Source: a virus
Lineage: Duplodnaviria > Caudoviricetes
Strand: one strand, 5' to 3'
IMG/VR virus record: IMGVR_UViG_3300021256_000062
Location: 32,001-96,000 of that record
Length of the DNA: 64,000 nucleotides
How positions within the stretch are numbered: the first letter of the stretch is position 1; every line of letters begins with the position of its first letter. The notes under the pieces are model-generated. The model saw only the letters and a list, made by a program, of their open reading frames with translations. It was not told the origin of the DNA and ran no database searches. Shown piece after piece: positions 18,673 to 28,939 of the stretch. The translations under genes and the position numbers were made by a program.

Positions 18673-20871
18673 CTAATCTACTTTAACACCGGTGTGTTTA
18701 ACTCTATCTTCAGTTTCAGCTTGTTTTCCAATATTGAAAGCTTCTTTGTAATCACCTGTTAAATATCCAGTTACTCTTCTTAATCTCTTAATTTTATCAG
18801 AACCACATACTGGACAGAATTGACTAATAACTCCTTGATAACCACAATCTTTACATTGGTCTACAGGTACATTAATTGCAAAGTATGGAATATCCTTATC
18901 CATTGCATAATTAACAATCTTTTCTAATGCATCAATATTATTTACAGTATTACCATCTAATTCTACATAAGTAATACATCCTGCACTTGAATATCCTGTT
19001 AATTGTGATTCAATATCAATCTTTTCAAATGCTGTAACATGTTCCCATACTGGAGTATGCATTGAATTAGTGAAATACTTTCTATCACTTACATTTGGAA
19101 TTTCTCCATACTTATCTTTAAATTTATTCATTGCAGTATAACATAGGTTCTCAGCAGGAGTATAATATACACCAAAATTTAATTTATATTTTTGTTTAAA
19201 CTCTGCACATCTATCTTTGAATAGTTGTTCAATTCTCTTTGCCAATTCCATTCCTTTTGGATGACATTGATTAGTTCCTACTAATAATTCTAATGTTTCA
19301 GCTAATCCTAATTGACCAATTGCAAGTGTACCATGTTTTAATGCACTTCTAATTCCTTCTTCAGGATGATATCCTAACATTGTTCCATTCTCATACATAA
19401 ACTTAGCTGATTTAGGTGATTGTGAACAAATCCACTCAAATCTTTCTAATAACATATCTTTTGCTTCGTGAATTTTTGTGTCAAGTAATTTCATAAATTT
19501 CTCAACATCTCTATCAGCTTCCATCGCAAGTGTTGGTAGTATAATTGTGACCGGACAGATATTTCCCCTGCCATCCTTTGTTTGTGGGTTAGTTCCTGGT
19601 TCTGCATTAATATCAAAACCATTTGCAGTTCTGCAGCCCATTGTGCTAAATAGGGTTTTAGGGTCATTTCTATCATATCCTGCATTTCCTGACCAATCTA
19701 CATTTGCATAATTTGGATAAAGTCTTAATGATGTAGACTTTAATGCTAATCTATATAAATCATAGTTAGGAGTTCCTGGTTTATCATTTACACCTTTCAT
19801 ATATTGGAATATTCCACAAGGGAATATTGATGTTTGATGATTTGGACCAAGTCCTTCAATACTTACATTTAATAATTCTTCAATTACCATTCTACCCTCA
19901 GGTAATGTACAAGTTCCATAGTTGATACTTGTAAATGGTAACTGATTACCACTTCTTGATTGTAATGAATTTAGATTATGATATAATGCCTCAACTCCTT
20001 GATGACATTCTTTCCTTAACATATCTAAAGCATATTTATATACTTTCTTAATCTTTTTATATTTTCTATCATCAATAGGTAGTTCATTATTTAATTTTAA
20101 TCTATCAAATCTTTTATGTGTTAAATATTTTACACCATCTTTATAATGTTTATAGAATGATTTTCTAACATAAGGAACTAATGTCCAATCTAAGTGAGTA
20201 GCACTTACTCCACCAAATTGTTGTAAACTTTGTAATTGAAATATAACTGCCACTAATTGCATTGCCGTTGATAATGAGCCAGCTGGTCTGATATCAACTT
20301 GTCTTGTTTTAAATCCTTTGGCAAGTAAGTCATCAAATGGTATACTTAGACAATTGTGGTCACCAACAACATAGTGACCTAAATCATGAATGTATATTTC
20401 ATTATTTAAATGATTATTCTTAGCCATATCTGACATACAATAGTTTAATGCAAATTGTTTATTTACATATTCACTTGCTTCACCTATTCTACCACCAAAT
20501 GATTGTTCATCTAGATTTGCATTTTGATTTTGTACATTTTTTGCACCTAACTTACTTTCAACACCTTCCATTAATGTTGAATATGCATCTCTAATTTGTT
20601 TATGTTCTGTTCTATACTCAATGTACCTAGTTGCTAACTCGAAAGCACCTTTTTTCATCAATGCCAACTCAATTTGTGTTTGAATTGTTTCAACTGATTG
20701 TGCTCTACGTTTAGACTTACAATAAGCCTCAATATCTTTAGAAATATTATCAATATCACTCATTGATAATCTTTGATTACCACTAATCTCAAAATTTGCT
20801 AGTAGTATTGCATTTTTAATCTTATCAACATCAAATTCTACTTTACTACCGTCTCTTTTAATAACTTTCAT
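18673..20871 (-). CDS. nrdD: Class III anaerobic ribonucleotide reductase with ATP cone
   Basis: VIKRDG, HNCL, MGCR, TPAE, YFTNS, CxxC/CxxC, RVTGYL. Confidence 0.97.
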   Translation of the reverse strand: MKVIKRDGSKVEFDVDKIKNAILLANFEISGNQRLSMSDIDNISKDIEAYCKSKRRAQSVETIQTQIELALMKKGAFELATRYIEYRTEHKQIRDAYSTLMEGVESKLGAKNVQNQNANLDEQSFGGRIGEASEYVNKQFALNYCMSDMAKNNHLNNEIYIHDLGHYVVGDHNCLSIPFDDLLAKGFKTRQVDIRPAGSLSTAMQLVAVIFQLQSLQQFGGVSATHLDWTLVPYVRKSFYKHYKDGVKYLTHKRFDRLKLNNELPIDDRKYKKIKKVYKYALDMLRKECHQGVEALYHNLNSLQSRSGNQLPFTSINYGTCTLPEGRMVIEELLNVSIEGLGPNHQTSIFPCGIFQYMKGVNDKPGTPNYDLYRLALKSTSLRLYPNYANVDWSGNAGYDRNDPKTLFSTMGCRTANGFDINAEPGTNPQTKDGRGNICPVTIILPTLAMEADRDVEKFMKLLDTKIHEAKDMLLERFEWICSQSPKSAKFMYENGTMLGYHPEEGIRSALKHGTLAIGQLGLAETLELLVGTNQCHPKGMELAKRIEQLFKDRCAEFKQKYKLNFGVYYTPAENLCYTAMNKFKDKYGEIPNVSDRKYFTNSMHTPVWEHVTAFEKIDIESQLTGYSSAGCITYVELDGNTVNNIDALEKIVNYAMDKDIPYFAINVPVDQCKDCGYQGVISQFCPVCGSDKIKRLRRVTGYLTGDYKEAFNIGKQAETEDRVKHTGVKVD

Positions 20872-20908
20872 ATTTACTACTCTCTCTTTCTATCTTGATT
20901 TAAATGTG

Positions 20909-20922
20909 TATATAATTTAGCT
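20909..20922 (-). promoter_or_regulatory. Putative phage-specific promoter AGCTAAATTATATA
   Basis: Identical 14-mer also upstream of the tail sheath gene (52829-52842). Confidence 0.55.
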
Positions 20923-20939
20923 CAAGATAATTTTAGAAT

Positions 20940-20973
20940 AAAAAAGTAAAACTATCAATTTGTCTTACTTTTT
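20940..20973 (-). terminator. Intrinsic terminator
   Basis: AGTAAGAC-loop-GTTTTACT followed by a T run. Confidence 0.55.
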
Positions 20974-21279
20974 ATTAGTTTTATTTTTGGCCATAAACTT
21001 TTTAAATTTTTCATATTCAATTTTTCTTTGTTCTTCCAAAACATCTGGAAGAGGTCCCTCATTAACTAACCACTCTAGAGGGACATCATAACAATATATC
21101 TTACTGTTAAATATAATATTGCACTTTTCTCTAACTTTAGTTCCATCAAATGAATATAAATCAGTATAATTTCTATCGGCTACAAAGTATATGTAACATT
21201 TTCCAGGATTTACTTTACAAGTGTCAACTAAAACTGATTTTGTGCAATATTTCATCTGCCATATTGGATAAGCTTTCAA
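20965..21279 (-). CDS. Hypothetical protein
   Basis: ORF with AGGTG RBS. Confidence 0.65.
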   Translation of the reverse strand: MKAYPIWQMKYCTKSVLVDTCKVNPGKCYIYFVADRNYTDLYSFDGTKVREKCNIIFNSKIYCYDVPLEWLVNEGPLPDVLEEQRKIEYEKFKKFMAKNKTNKK

Positions 21280-21320
21280 CTATATCACCTACTTAACTTT
21301 TTTATGTTTATAAAATGACC

Positions 21321-21542
21321 CTATTGAACATCCATAGAATCATTATCACCTTCAATATCTGAATAATCACCAACACTTAAACTATCATCAATAAATTTCA
21401 AAGCCATATTTATTACAAAATCTTCTAATATTTTTAAAGCTGTTTGTTGGTCTATTCCATCAGCAGGTGTTACTACTGCTTTATTTCCGTCATCATCTTC
21501 TATTATTGTAAGCATCAATAGTTCTTTCATTAGTCTGTCCAC
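21321..21542 (-). CDS. Hypothetical acidic protein
   Basis: In-operon ORF. Confidence 0.55.
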   Translation of the reverse strand: MDRLMKELLMLTIIEDDDGNKAVVTPADGIDQQTALKILEDFVINMALKFIDDSLSVGDYSDIEGDNDSMDVQ

Positions 21543-22174
21543 TTCACACTCTTAATATACTTATTTAAGATATTACCTGCATTGTAATTATTTCCTAAAA
21601 CATATTTAGTGATTGCAGCCATAATACCTTTTTCTAAATCCCATTCATCTCCTTTTAAACAAGTTACTTTAGTTGTTTCACCTGTTTGCCATTTAACTAC
21701 AACTGTTTTTTTCTTCTCATTTGCATAAATGTTTGAAATCTTTGGAGTTAATATATGTGCAGATTCTCTCTTATTAGTATCCTCATCAAATAACTCTTGT
21801 AAAAAACTTTCTACTCTACTATCCATTTTATTCATTTTTTGTTCTCCTAATCTTTCTAATTTTTTAAATACTATTGTTACAGAATCAGTTACTCTACTAA
21901 CTGGTTTAATGTGTACTGATTCTGGACAAGATAATCTAAATTTATACATACCAATTTTCATTTCAGCATTAAAATATTTTACTTCAGCATTAAGATATAG
22001 TGCTGATTTAAAAACACTTTTACTCCTATTGTTTGGTACCATAAATGATATTGTCACTGTTTCTTGGTCAAATAACTCACTTGTAGTTTTGTATTCATCC
22101 ACGAAAAAATATCTATCTTTAAAATATAAATCATCTAATCCATCAAATTTAACTATATAGTCATAAGCTGACAT
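21530..22174 (-). CDS. Hypothetical protein
   Basis: C-terminal TVVVKW..G..TKVTC..D.WDLEKG motif common in phage proteins. Confidence 0.7.
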   Translation of the reverse strand: MSAYDYIVKFDGLDDLYFKDRYFFVDEYKTTSELFDQETVTISFMVPNNRSKSVFKSALYLNAEVKYFNAEMKIGMYKFRLSCPESVHIKPVSRVTDSVTIVFKKLERLGEQKMNKMDSRVESFLQELFDEDTNKRESAHILTPKISNIYANEKKKTVVVKWQTGETTKVTCLKGDEWDLEKGIMAAITKYVLGNNYNAGNILNKYIKSVKWTD

Positions 22175-22191
22175 TTTTAATTCCCTCCATT

Positions 22192-23877
22192 TTACAAATC
22201 TTGAATATATTTAGCTAATCTTTGCATAGCCTTGTCATTCTCTATTTTATCATCAACAATATAATCAGATAATGCTTGTTTAAAATTAACCAATTCCCAA
22301 ACTACATTATCAATTGTTCCATTACATATTAAGTTATAAATAAAAACAGTTCTATCACTACCTATTCTATGTACTCTATCACATGCTTGATTGAAATCAC
22401 TACTTGTCCAAGGAGTATCAATGAATATAAGGTATCTTGCCTTATTTAAAGTAACGCCTGTTCCTAATTTTTGATATGTTGCAATCAGTAACTTACAATC
22501 ATCATTATTTTGAAAATCATATTTACCCTTTTCAAAATCAGATAATTTAGTATCTCCTGTAAGTACTATAGGATTATATTCCTTAAGTAAGTGACTCAAT
22601 TGGTCTACAACGTCTTTAAACCCTGTAAAAATGACCAATTTTTCATTTTTAACTCCAACTAAATCATTTACCATCTCCACACATCTATCCACCTTAATTG
22701 ACCTAATTTCTTGTGATGTCATTATTTGTGGACAAGATGTTGCTTGTCTTAATCTAACTATTTTACCTAATAAGTTTTTATTAGATAAAGATACTAAATC
22801 TACTGATTCTTTTACTCCACTCACAACATCCTTATAAAATTTTGATTGTTTATCATCCATAGATAGGAATTGTGGGATTATTAATTTCTCTGGTAAATCT
22901 AGTACATCAGTTTTAAGTCTTCTTAATGAACAAGAATCTAGTTGTTCTTTTAAGGTGTCTAAATTTCTAAATCCATCATATGCTCCAATATTACTATTAT
23001 ATTGACAATAATATTTCTTAAACATCTCTATGGATTTATCTTGAGCTTGACCTATAAATACAAATGGTGCATATAAATCTAATGGATTATTAACTACAAT
23101 AGTACCTGACATTGCAACTTTATAAGGTGCCTTTAATTGTATCAAGTTCTTACCCTGAAGAGAACCTACATCCTTACACCTATGTGCTTCATCTACTACA
23201 ATCATTCCAATATTATTTTCAGATGTATTGAATGCTGCAACAAAGTCATCACTTCTAATTGTAGTTAAAGTTGTAATGATGAAAAACTCATCTATTTTAT
23301 TCTTTAACTGTACTGCTCTTTCAGTAACTGATTTATATTTAATGTTGCCATTTCTAGTCAATGACTCTCCTAATATCATACAACTTAAATCAGAAAATTT
23401 TTCAATCTCATTTTTCCAATTTGACCTTAATGAATCAATTCCACATATAATCATACAATGTTCAATTTTACCTTGTCTATGCAACTCCTCCGCTAGATAT
23501 ATAGCTGATAAAGTTTTACCTAATCCCATATCATCTAACAATAACCACTTATCATGATTACATCCAAAGTTAATTGCGTCTACTTGGTGGTCAAACAACT
23601 TATACTTAAAACTATCCTTATTTACATATAATATAGGTTTAGTATTTGGTTCTTTATAACCGAATATCTCAATATCTTCAATATCACTCAATTTATCTAT
23701 CAGTACATTGACATTTTTAAGAGGGACCTCATATACCTTATTTGCTTTATCATAATAATATGGGTCAACATTCTCTTTGATTATTTCACCAACCTCTTTA
23801 TTAAAAGGTTTAATTTTGAGAAATAAAGAAGTTATTCCAGGTATTTTTTGTGGTTTATCTTCCTTAATATTTATCAT
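22192..23877 (-). CDS. SNF2-family helicase
   Basis: DDMGLGKT, DEAH, SGT, GTGVTL, QACDRVHRIG. Confidence 0.93.
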   Translation of the reverse strand: MINIKEDKPQKIPGITSLFLKIKPFNKEVGEIIKENVDPYYYDKANKVYEVPLKNVNVLIDKLSDIEDIEIFGYKEPNTKPILYVNKDSFKYKLFDHQVDAINFGCNHDKWLLLDDMGLGKTLSAIYLAEELHRQGKIEHCMIICGIDSLRSNWKNEIEKFSDLSCMILGESLTRNGNIKYKSVTERAVQLKNKIDEFFIITTLTTIRSDDFVAAFNTSENNIGMIVVDEAHRCKDVGSLQGKNLIQLKAPYKVAMSGTIVVNNPLDLYAPFVFIGQAQDKSIEMFKKYYCQYNSNIGAYDGFRNLDTLKEQLDSCSLRRLKTDVLDLPEKLIIPQFLSMDDKQSKFYKDVVSGVKESVDLVSLSNKNLLGKIVRLRQATSCPQIMTSQEIRSIKVDRCVEMVNDLVGVKNEKLVIFTGFKDVVDQLSHLLKEYNPIVLTGDTKLSDFEKGKYDFQNNDDCKLLIATYQKLGTGVTLNKARYLIFIDTPWTSSDFNQACDRVHRIGSDRTVFIYNLICNGTIDNVVWELVNFKQALSDYIVDDKIENDKAMQRLAKYIQDL

Positions 23878-23879
23878 AA

Positions 23880-24188
23880 TTAATTTTCTACTAAATTGAT
23901 TCTATCCTTATATATTTTTGATACATATGTATCTTCATATGATTTTGTTGATAATATTTCAGTTTCAAATTTAATATCTGCTTTAACTCTAAATGTAGTA
24001 TTGCATTTATCACAAGTATATTCTTCTACTAAATCTTGTTCAGTTCCTTGAAATAATTCTACTTGACCATCTTCATTTCTAATTATGTTATTAGGTCTAC
24101 CTAATAAATAATCGGGATGGTAAATCTCTTGAATTGCATATTGACATTTACAATTTGGACATTCTATAAATTTACTCATATTATTCAT
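23880..24188 (-). CDS. Zinc-ribbon protein
   Basis: CPNC...CDKC. Confidence 0.7.
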   Translation of the reverse strand: MNNMSKFIECPNCKCQYAIQEIYHPDYLLGRPNNIIRNEDGQVELFQGTEQDLVEEYTCDKCNTTFRVKADIKFETEILSTKSYEDTYVSKIYKDRINLVEN

Positions 24189-24378
24189 TTTCTCCTATTC
24201 TAGACATATTTTTAAAATTGATATCAACAATCTTACCTTCAGGTATAACTACTACAGCTTTACCATCATGAGTATAACCGGTGATATGAGAGTATGGAGT
24301 GCCAGAGACAACTCCATCAGGCATATCATACTCAACATCAATTTCAATTTCAACTTTAAACTTTTGTGTTACTTTCAT
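24181..24378 (-). CDS. Hypothetical protein
   Basis: GGAG RBS, in operon. Confidence 0.65.
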   Translation of the reverse strand: MKVTQKFKVEIEIDVEYDMPDGVVSGTPYSHITGYTHDGKAVVVIPEGKIVDINFKNMSRIGENE

Positions 24379-24390
24379 AATTACATCTCC

Positions 24391-25467
24391 TTATACTAAT
24401 TTTCCACGAGTAACGACTGTTTGTTTCTCATCTTTATATATTTTAAGGTCTTTAATAGTTGCCTTAATTTTCATTCCATTTTCAACTAATTGTTCAGTTT
24501 TCCAAATAACAACATTATTTGAATCAGTTAATATTCTATATGTAAATACAACACTATCATTATAATGTGAATAATGATACTCATTTGCATCTGCCCATAA
24601 TACCTTAACTGATTTAACTGTCAATTCAATTTTATCTCCAATTTTACCTAGGTATTCATTAGTTATATTCTTGCTTCCTAAATATAACATTGCATTATTC
24701 ATATAAGATAATAATAATCTCCAATGTTTATATTCAATGTATTCAAGACCTAAAACTACTTTAACATTGTGACAATATTCACAATCATTATACCAATCAG
24801 TATTAACAACATTTAATATAGTGTTAACTTCATCTTCTAATGATTTCATATATTTAAAATCATCATAACCCTTAAATGGGTCATTAGAATCTTTCTTATA
24901 TCCATTCTTCATTAGAATTTGATAGAATATATTTGCAACATATTCTAAAGGTTGATATTTACATTGAGTAGATTTTATAAAGTCTAAAAACTCTTCAAAA
25001 TCATTAGATAATAATTTACTTAAATCAGATACCATCTCAACAATCTTTAATGTGTCAACTCCAGTATATTCATTTAAACAACTCTTACCTACTTGTCTAT
25101 AGTTATGAGTGTTACTATCTAATAATAAGAATGTATTAGCTCTAGTTCTTAATTTATTACAATGTTCACAATTAGGTTTACAAGTTCTATAATATTTAGG
25201 AACTACATAATCCATATTAATTTGTCTAATGATATTTCCATTTGGAGTATGTTCAAGTTCAGCTACTATTTCATAGTCTCCAACCTTATAATTAATTTCT
25301 AATTCAATACCAATTGTATAGTAAGGATATTTAATACCATCTAATACTATACACTCTTGTTTAATATCATTCTCATCATATGAAAACTTAACATCAGTTT
25401 TCTTTGATAATCTTTTAACTAATTTTATTAACTTTTCTAAATTGAATCTAGGAATATAATATTTCAT
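24391..25467 (-). CDS. Early protein with zinc site and C-terminal OB-fold-like domain
   Basis: CEHC..R, QVGKSCL; C-terminal YLGKIGDK..KATIK..QTVVTR; own promoter. Confidence 0.7.
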   Translation of the reverse strand: MKYYIPRFNLEKLIKLVKRLSKKTDVKFSYDENDIKQECIVLDGIKYPYYTIGIELEINYKVGDYEIVAELEHTPNGNIIRQINMDYVVPKYYRTCKPNCEHCNKLRTRANTFLLLDSNTHNYRQVGKSCLNEYTGVDTLKIVEMVSDLSKLLSNDFEEFLDFIKSTQCKYQPLEYVANIFYQILMKNGYKKDSNDPFKGYDDFKYMKSLEDEVNTILNVVNTDWYNDCEYCHNVKVVLGLEYIEYKHWRLLLSYMNNAMLYLGSKNITNEYLGKIGDKIELTVKSVKVLWADANEYHYSHYNDSVVFTYRILTDSNNVVIWKTEQLVENGMKIKATIKDLKIYKDEKQTVVTRGKLV

Positions 25468-25496
25468 ATAAATACCTCCAACCTTAATCTATATAT

Positions 25497-25525
25497 AGTA
25501 TATCATCTAAATATAATAATGTCAA
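25497..25525 (-). promoter_or_regulatory. Sigma70-type promoter
   Basis: TTGACA-17 nt-TATACT, then GGAGG RBS. Confidence 0.82.
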
Positions 25526-25546
25526 TAGTATTTATATTTAATTTAT

Positions 25547-25882
25547 CTAAAATGTTAAATTTTTTATATTTTCTAATACTGATAATCTTAAATCATGATA
25601 ATATGTCATACATAAATCAGTATACTCTACTACATAATTGGATAATTTTGTTTTACAAAACTCAACATCAAGTTTAGTTGAGTACATCTTAACAAATCCA
25701 TTCTTTGTAGGATAGAAATCATCCCAAAATATATCAGCTTTAAAAATATAACAAAACTTACCATTACATTTATATCTATAAGAATCTCTTAATTCGATGC
25801 AATTTAATTGGTTAACATCTACCTTATCTAATGTATAATTGGTTGTGGTATACTCTATTATATTTATTTTATTGTGTTTCAA
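25547..25882 (-). CDS. Hypothetical protein
   Basis: In-operon ORF. Confidence 0.55.
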   Translation of the reverse strand: MKHNKINIIEYTTTNYTLDKVDVNQLNCIELRDSYRYKCNGKFCYIFKADIFWDDFYPTKNGFVKMYSTKLDVEFCKTKLSNYVVEYTDLCMTYYHDLRLSVLENIKNLTF

Positions 25883-26357
25883 TTTTTATCGCATCCTTTA
25901 CCTCTTGTGCAATACTTATGTAGTATTGTCTAATTTCCATTAATACTTTACCTAATAAATTTTGACCTGTACCATCTTTACCAATTCCCCAAATATAATC
26001 AAAAGGAGAATCCTCCACTATTATCCCAGATGTACATATCAAAATATCTCTCAAATCTTTATTATAATAATATTTAGCCATATTTACATCAAACATTATA
26101 TGTTCTCTATATTCTGACCATATTGTGTCATCATAATTCTTCACAAGTCTACCTAATTTCTTAATCTTTCTAGGGTCAGTTTCATTTAAAATCTTTAAGG
26201 CTGTATCCCAATCATTAAAAGTTACCGCCTTTGCCCACATAAATGCTTGTTCAGAACAATTAAATTTTCTACCTGCATAAGTAAAAGTACAAGGATAGAA
26301 ATTACTGAAGCATCCATAAGGTCCATTAGTACCCCAAAATTTAATTACATTATCCAT
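25869..26357 (-). CDS. NADAR (YbiA-like) ADP-ribosyl hydrolase
   Basis: FSNFY, SEQAFMWAKA, KKLGR.V, EDSPFD.IWGIG, GQNLLGKVLMEIR. Confidence 0.92.
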   Translation of the reverse strand: MDNVIKFWGTNGPYGCFSNFYPCTFTYAGRKFNCSEQAFMWAKAVTFNDWDTALKILNETDPRKIKKLGRLVKNYDDTIWSEYREHIMFDVNMAKYYYNKDLRDILICTSGIIVEDSPFDYIWGIGKDGTGQNLLGKVLMEIRQYYISIAQEVKDAIKIETQ

Positions 26358-26359
26358 AA

Positions 26360-26686
26360 TTATCTACCTTTCAATGCATCCATTATTTTATTATAAATAT
26401 CAATCTCTTTAACTTCAGTTACATTATTTATCATTCGTGAGAAATAGATTATGAAATTATCTCTTCCTAAAACATCTTCAAGTTCTTCTTTTAATGATGC
26501 TGCAATCTTAAACATTGTTTCCTTTGGAACATTTGCATCAATTCCTATTAAATATTTATTTCCAGGAACTAACTTAATAGATTCCATTGCAAGTGGCATT
26601 AATTTCTTAAGTTGTTTTTCCTTAATTTCTTTTCTTCTTTGTTCTCTTCTTCTAACCTTTTTAAATTTTGTGGTTATCTTATTCAT
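26360..26686 (-). CDS. Hypothetical protein
   Basis: In-operon ORF. Confidence 0.6.
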   Translation of the reverse strand: MNKITTKFKKVRRREQRRKEIKEKQLKKLMPLAMESIKLVPGNKYLIGIDANVPKETMFKIAASLKEELEDVLGRDNFIIYFSRMINNVTEVKEIDIYNKIMDALKGR

Positions 26687-27177
26687 TATTCTACTGTAAC
26701 CTCCAAGTCAATTTTAACAATTTCTTCTTTATCCTTTAATAAACTTAAATCATAATGACTATTAATGAATTCTTCAGCTAATTTATCATTTATTGCATTA
26801 CCTAATCTACAATAAATTAATTCCCATTCATCTTCATTAAAAAATGTTCCTAATAAAGTATTACATCTATCTCTAAAATATTCATGAATATAATTATCAT
26901 AAGTGTTTGAATATTGTGTTCTACAGCAAGCTCTACTTAACCAAGCCAATATTTTCTTTTTCAAGTCCATTTCATTATTGCAATCTTCAAGTCTAAACCA
27001 CTCATTGACAAATACTGGTTTATTACTTTTTCGATGCAATACCATCAATTCATCCCAATTTAAATTGTCACTTGGAAACCAATTTAGTAATACTATAAAC
27101 TCATTGTTTTCATTAATAAAACTTTCCTCAAAGACTGAAATCATTCTTTTAAGAAATTTATTTTCTAAATCAATCAT
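26686..27177 (-). CDS. Hypothetical protein
   Basis: SFIN..NE, K.LAWLSR, LGT.F....ELIY.RLGN pattern of a conserved phage family. Confidence 0.7.
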   Translation of the reverse strand: MIDLENKFLKRMISVFEESFINENNEFIVLLNWFPSDNLNWDELMVLHRKSNKPVFVNEWFRLEDCNNEMDLKKKILAWLSRACCRTQYSNTYDNYIHEYFRDRCNTLLGTFFNEDEWELIYCRLGNAINDKLAEEFINSHYDLSLLKDKEEIVKIDLEVTVE

Positions 27178-27430
27178 TTTCTTCTACCTCTATTTCTTGG
27201 TCTAAATCAACACTATCTTTAAAATTATTAACTATTTCTTTATTAGTATTCTCATCTTCTACACATCTAGGGAAATAAGGCTCTCCTGCATAACACCTAA
27301 TTCCTTTAGGACATTCTATGGTGTCACCATCTTTTGTTTCAAATGATTCATAAGGACAATATTTACATATATTATCACCAAGAATGTTTAATATTTCATC
27401 ATCATTTAAATCTCTAATTTTCTTTTTCAT
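27170..27430 (-). CDS. Hypothetical Cys-rich protein
   Basis: CKYCP..C..C..C. Confidence 0.6.
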   Translation of the reverse strand: MKKKIRDLNDDEILNILGDNICKYCPYESFETKDGDTIECPKGIRCYAGEPYFPRCVEDENTNKEIVNNFKDSVDLDQEIEVEEND

Positions 27431-27445
27431 CTATTTCCGTCTCTT

Positions 27446-27715
27446 TCAATCTTCTAAACCTATGTGGAATAAAAAATAAAATAATTTATAAGTCCAAAAT
27501 AATAAATTCCATAAAGGACATAAAATAACACCAAGTATAAATATAATAATCCCACCTGCTAAGTTTACATTGAATACTTCTGCTAATTCTGATGGACTTT
27601 CAGCGAATCCAAATCCTTGTAATCTACCACGTATCATCATGAATACCCAAGAAATATTTAAAATAATGTAGCATGCTAAAGGAATAATCCACCAATATTT
27701 TAAAAAATCATTCAT
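27446..27715 (-). CDS. Small membrane protein
   Basis: Two hydrophobic segments. Confidence 0.65.
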   Translation of the reverse strand: MNDFLKYWWIIPLACYIILNISWVFMMIRGRLQGFGFAESPSELAEVFNVNLAGGIIIFILGVILCPLWNLLFWTYKLFYFLFHIGLED

Positions 27716-27757
27716 TTTCTATTTCCATCTCGCAAACCATTTTTGTTCTTATGTATT

Positions 27758-27976
27758 TTACCATATTTCTACTTTCCCTTTATTATTCATAACTACTGCA
27801 TAACCACAAATATCTTCTATTGAATAAGGTTTGTTTAATTCCAGTCCTTTAGGCTTATCATCAAATGTTTTGATAATTTCAGTTGTGCCATCTTCGTAAA
27901 AGAATACTAATCTGTAATAATATTCTTCATTTGCTAAATCATAATCTTCTTCTATCTTAAATTGTAATGGTTTCAT
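27758..27976 (-). CDS. Hypothetical protein
   Basis: In-operon ORF. Confidence 0.6.
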   Translation of the reverse strand: MKPLQFKIEEDYDLANEEYYYRLVFFYEDGTTEIIKTFDDKPKGLELNKPYSIEDICGYAVVMNNKGKVEIW

Positions 27977-27978
27977 TT

Positions 27979-28440
27979 TTATTCACTCCTATCTTCTTTC
28001 AAAAACCAAGTCTTTTTATAATCTTTTAGTCTTAAATCATAACCAAAACTCCACCTATCAACAAATAAAAATTCAGGTTTTTTCCCATCTATTGCATAAG
28101 GATTAATTATGTAGTTATTTGATTTTGAATGAAACTTAAAACTATTATCATATTCACTACGAACATTCATTTTCTCAATATAAATCTTTGGTGCTTGTAG
28201 CACTTTAAAAATAAAATCTAACGGACATCCTAGTTGCTTTGATAATTCTTCATAAGTTGTTGCCATTTCAAGCAACTTATCTAATTCTTTTAAATCTTTA
28301 ACACGGTATGATTGTAATAAATCTTCTAGTTCACCTAGTTTGTTTACTATTTGTCCTTCACCAATATAACAATAGCCTTTTTCATCTAGTTTATATTCAT
28401 AACGATTTAAGTCTTTTCTAAATTCAGTTAATCTATCCAT
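27979..28440 (-). CDS. Hypothetical protein (C-terminus DYKKTWFLKEDRSE)
   Basis: In-operon ORF; C-terminal motif shared with neighbour. Confidence 0.7.
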   Translation of the reverse strand: MDRLTEFRKDLNRYEYKLDEKGYCYIGEGQIVNKLGELEDLLQSYRVKDLKELDKLLEMATTYEELSKQLGCPLDFIFKVLQAPKIYIEKMNVRSEYDNSFKFHSKSNNYIINPYAIDGKKPEFLFVDRWSFGYDLRLKDYKKTWFLKEDRSE

Positions 28441-28441
28441 A

Positions 28442-28660
28442 CTATTCGTTTTTATCCTCTCTCAACCACCATGTTTTCTTATAATCACTCTCATAAAATC
28501 TTGTTCTACCTAATGAATATCCAACAGTGATACTTCTCAAACAGAATTCTTTTCTTATAGTATCATAATCAATTACAAAATCTTCATTTCTCCATATGTT
28601 ATAACCATCGAAGAAGCCATCTTTCTTTGCCATAAGCAATTCTATAGGAAATTCTTTCAT
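28442..28660 (-). CDS. Hypothetical protein (C-terminus DYKKTWWLREDKNE)
   Basis: In-operon ORF; C-terminal motif shared with neighbour. Confidence 0.65.
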   Translation of the reverse strand: MKEFPIELLMAKKDGFFDGYNIWRNEDFVIDYDTIRKEFCLRSITVGYSLGRTRFYESDYKKTWWLREDKNE

Positions 28661-28662
28661 CT

Positions 28663-28938
28663 CTATTCACTCTCATCACTTAAATGTCTATTAGGTTCAT
28701 TCCAATCCCAATAAAGAGAATCTTGGCCATTAATACAGTTTCTAATAAAATCACTAACCTTTTCAGCTACATAACTATCCTTATCTAATTTAATGAATTC
28801 TCCATCTTCATTAAAAACACTAATTCTTAAGTTAACCTTATTACTTGTATCTCTTTCTGCAGTATTAGTCATTACAGCTGTATCACATTTAACTCTGTAT
28901 TTATTGCCATTTATATTTAATTCAAAACCTTGTTTCAT
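28663..28938 (-). CDS. Hypothetical protein
   Basis: Start refined to ATG at 28938. Confidence 0.6.
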   Translation of the reverse strand: MKQGFELNINGNKYRVKCDTAVMTNTAERDTSNKVNLRISVFNEDGEFIKLDKDSYVAEKVSDFIRNCINGQDSLYWDWNEPNRHLSDESE

Positions 28939-28939
28939 A

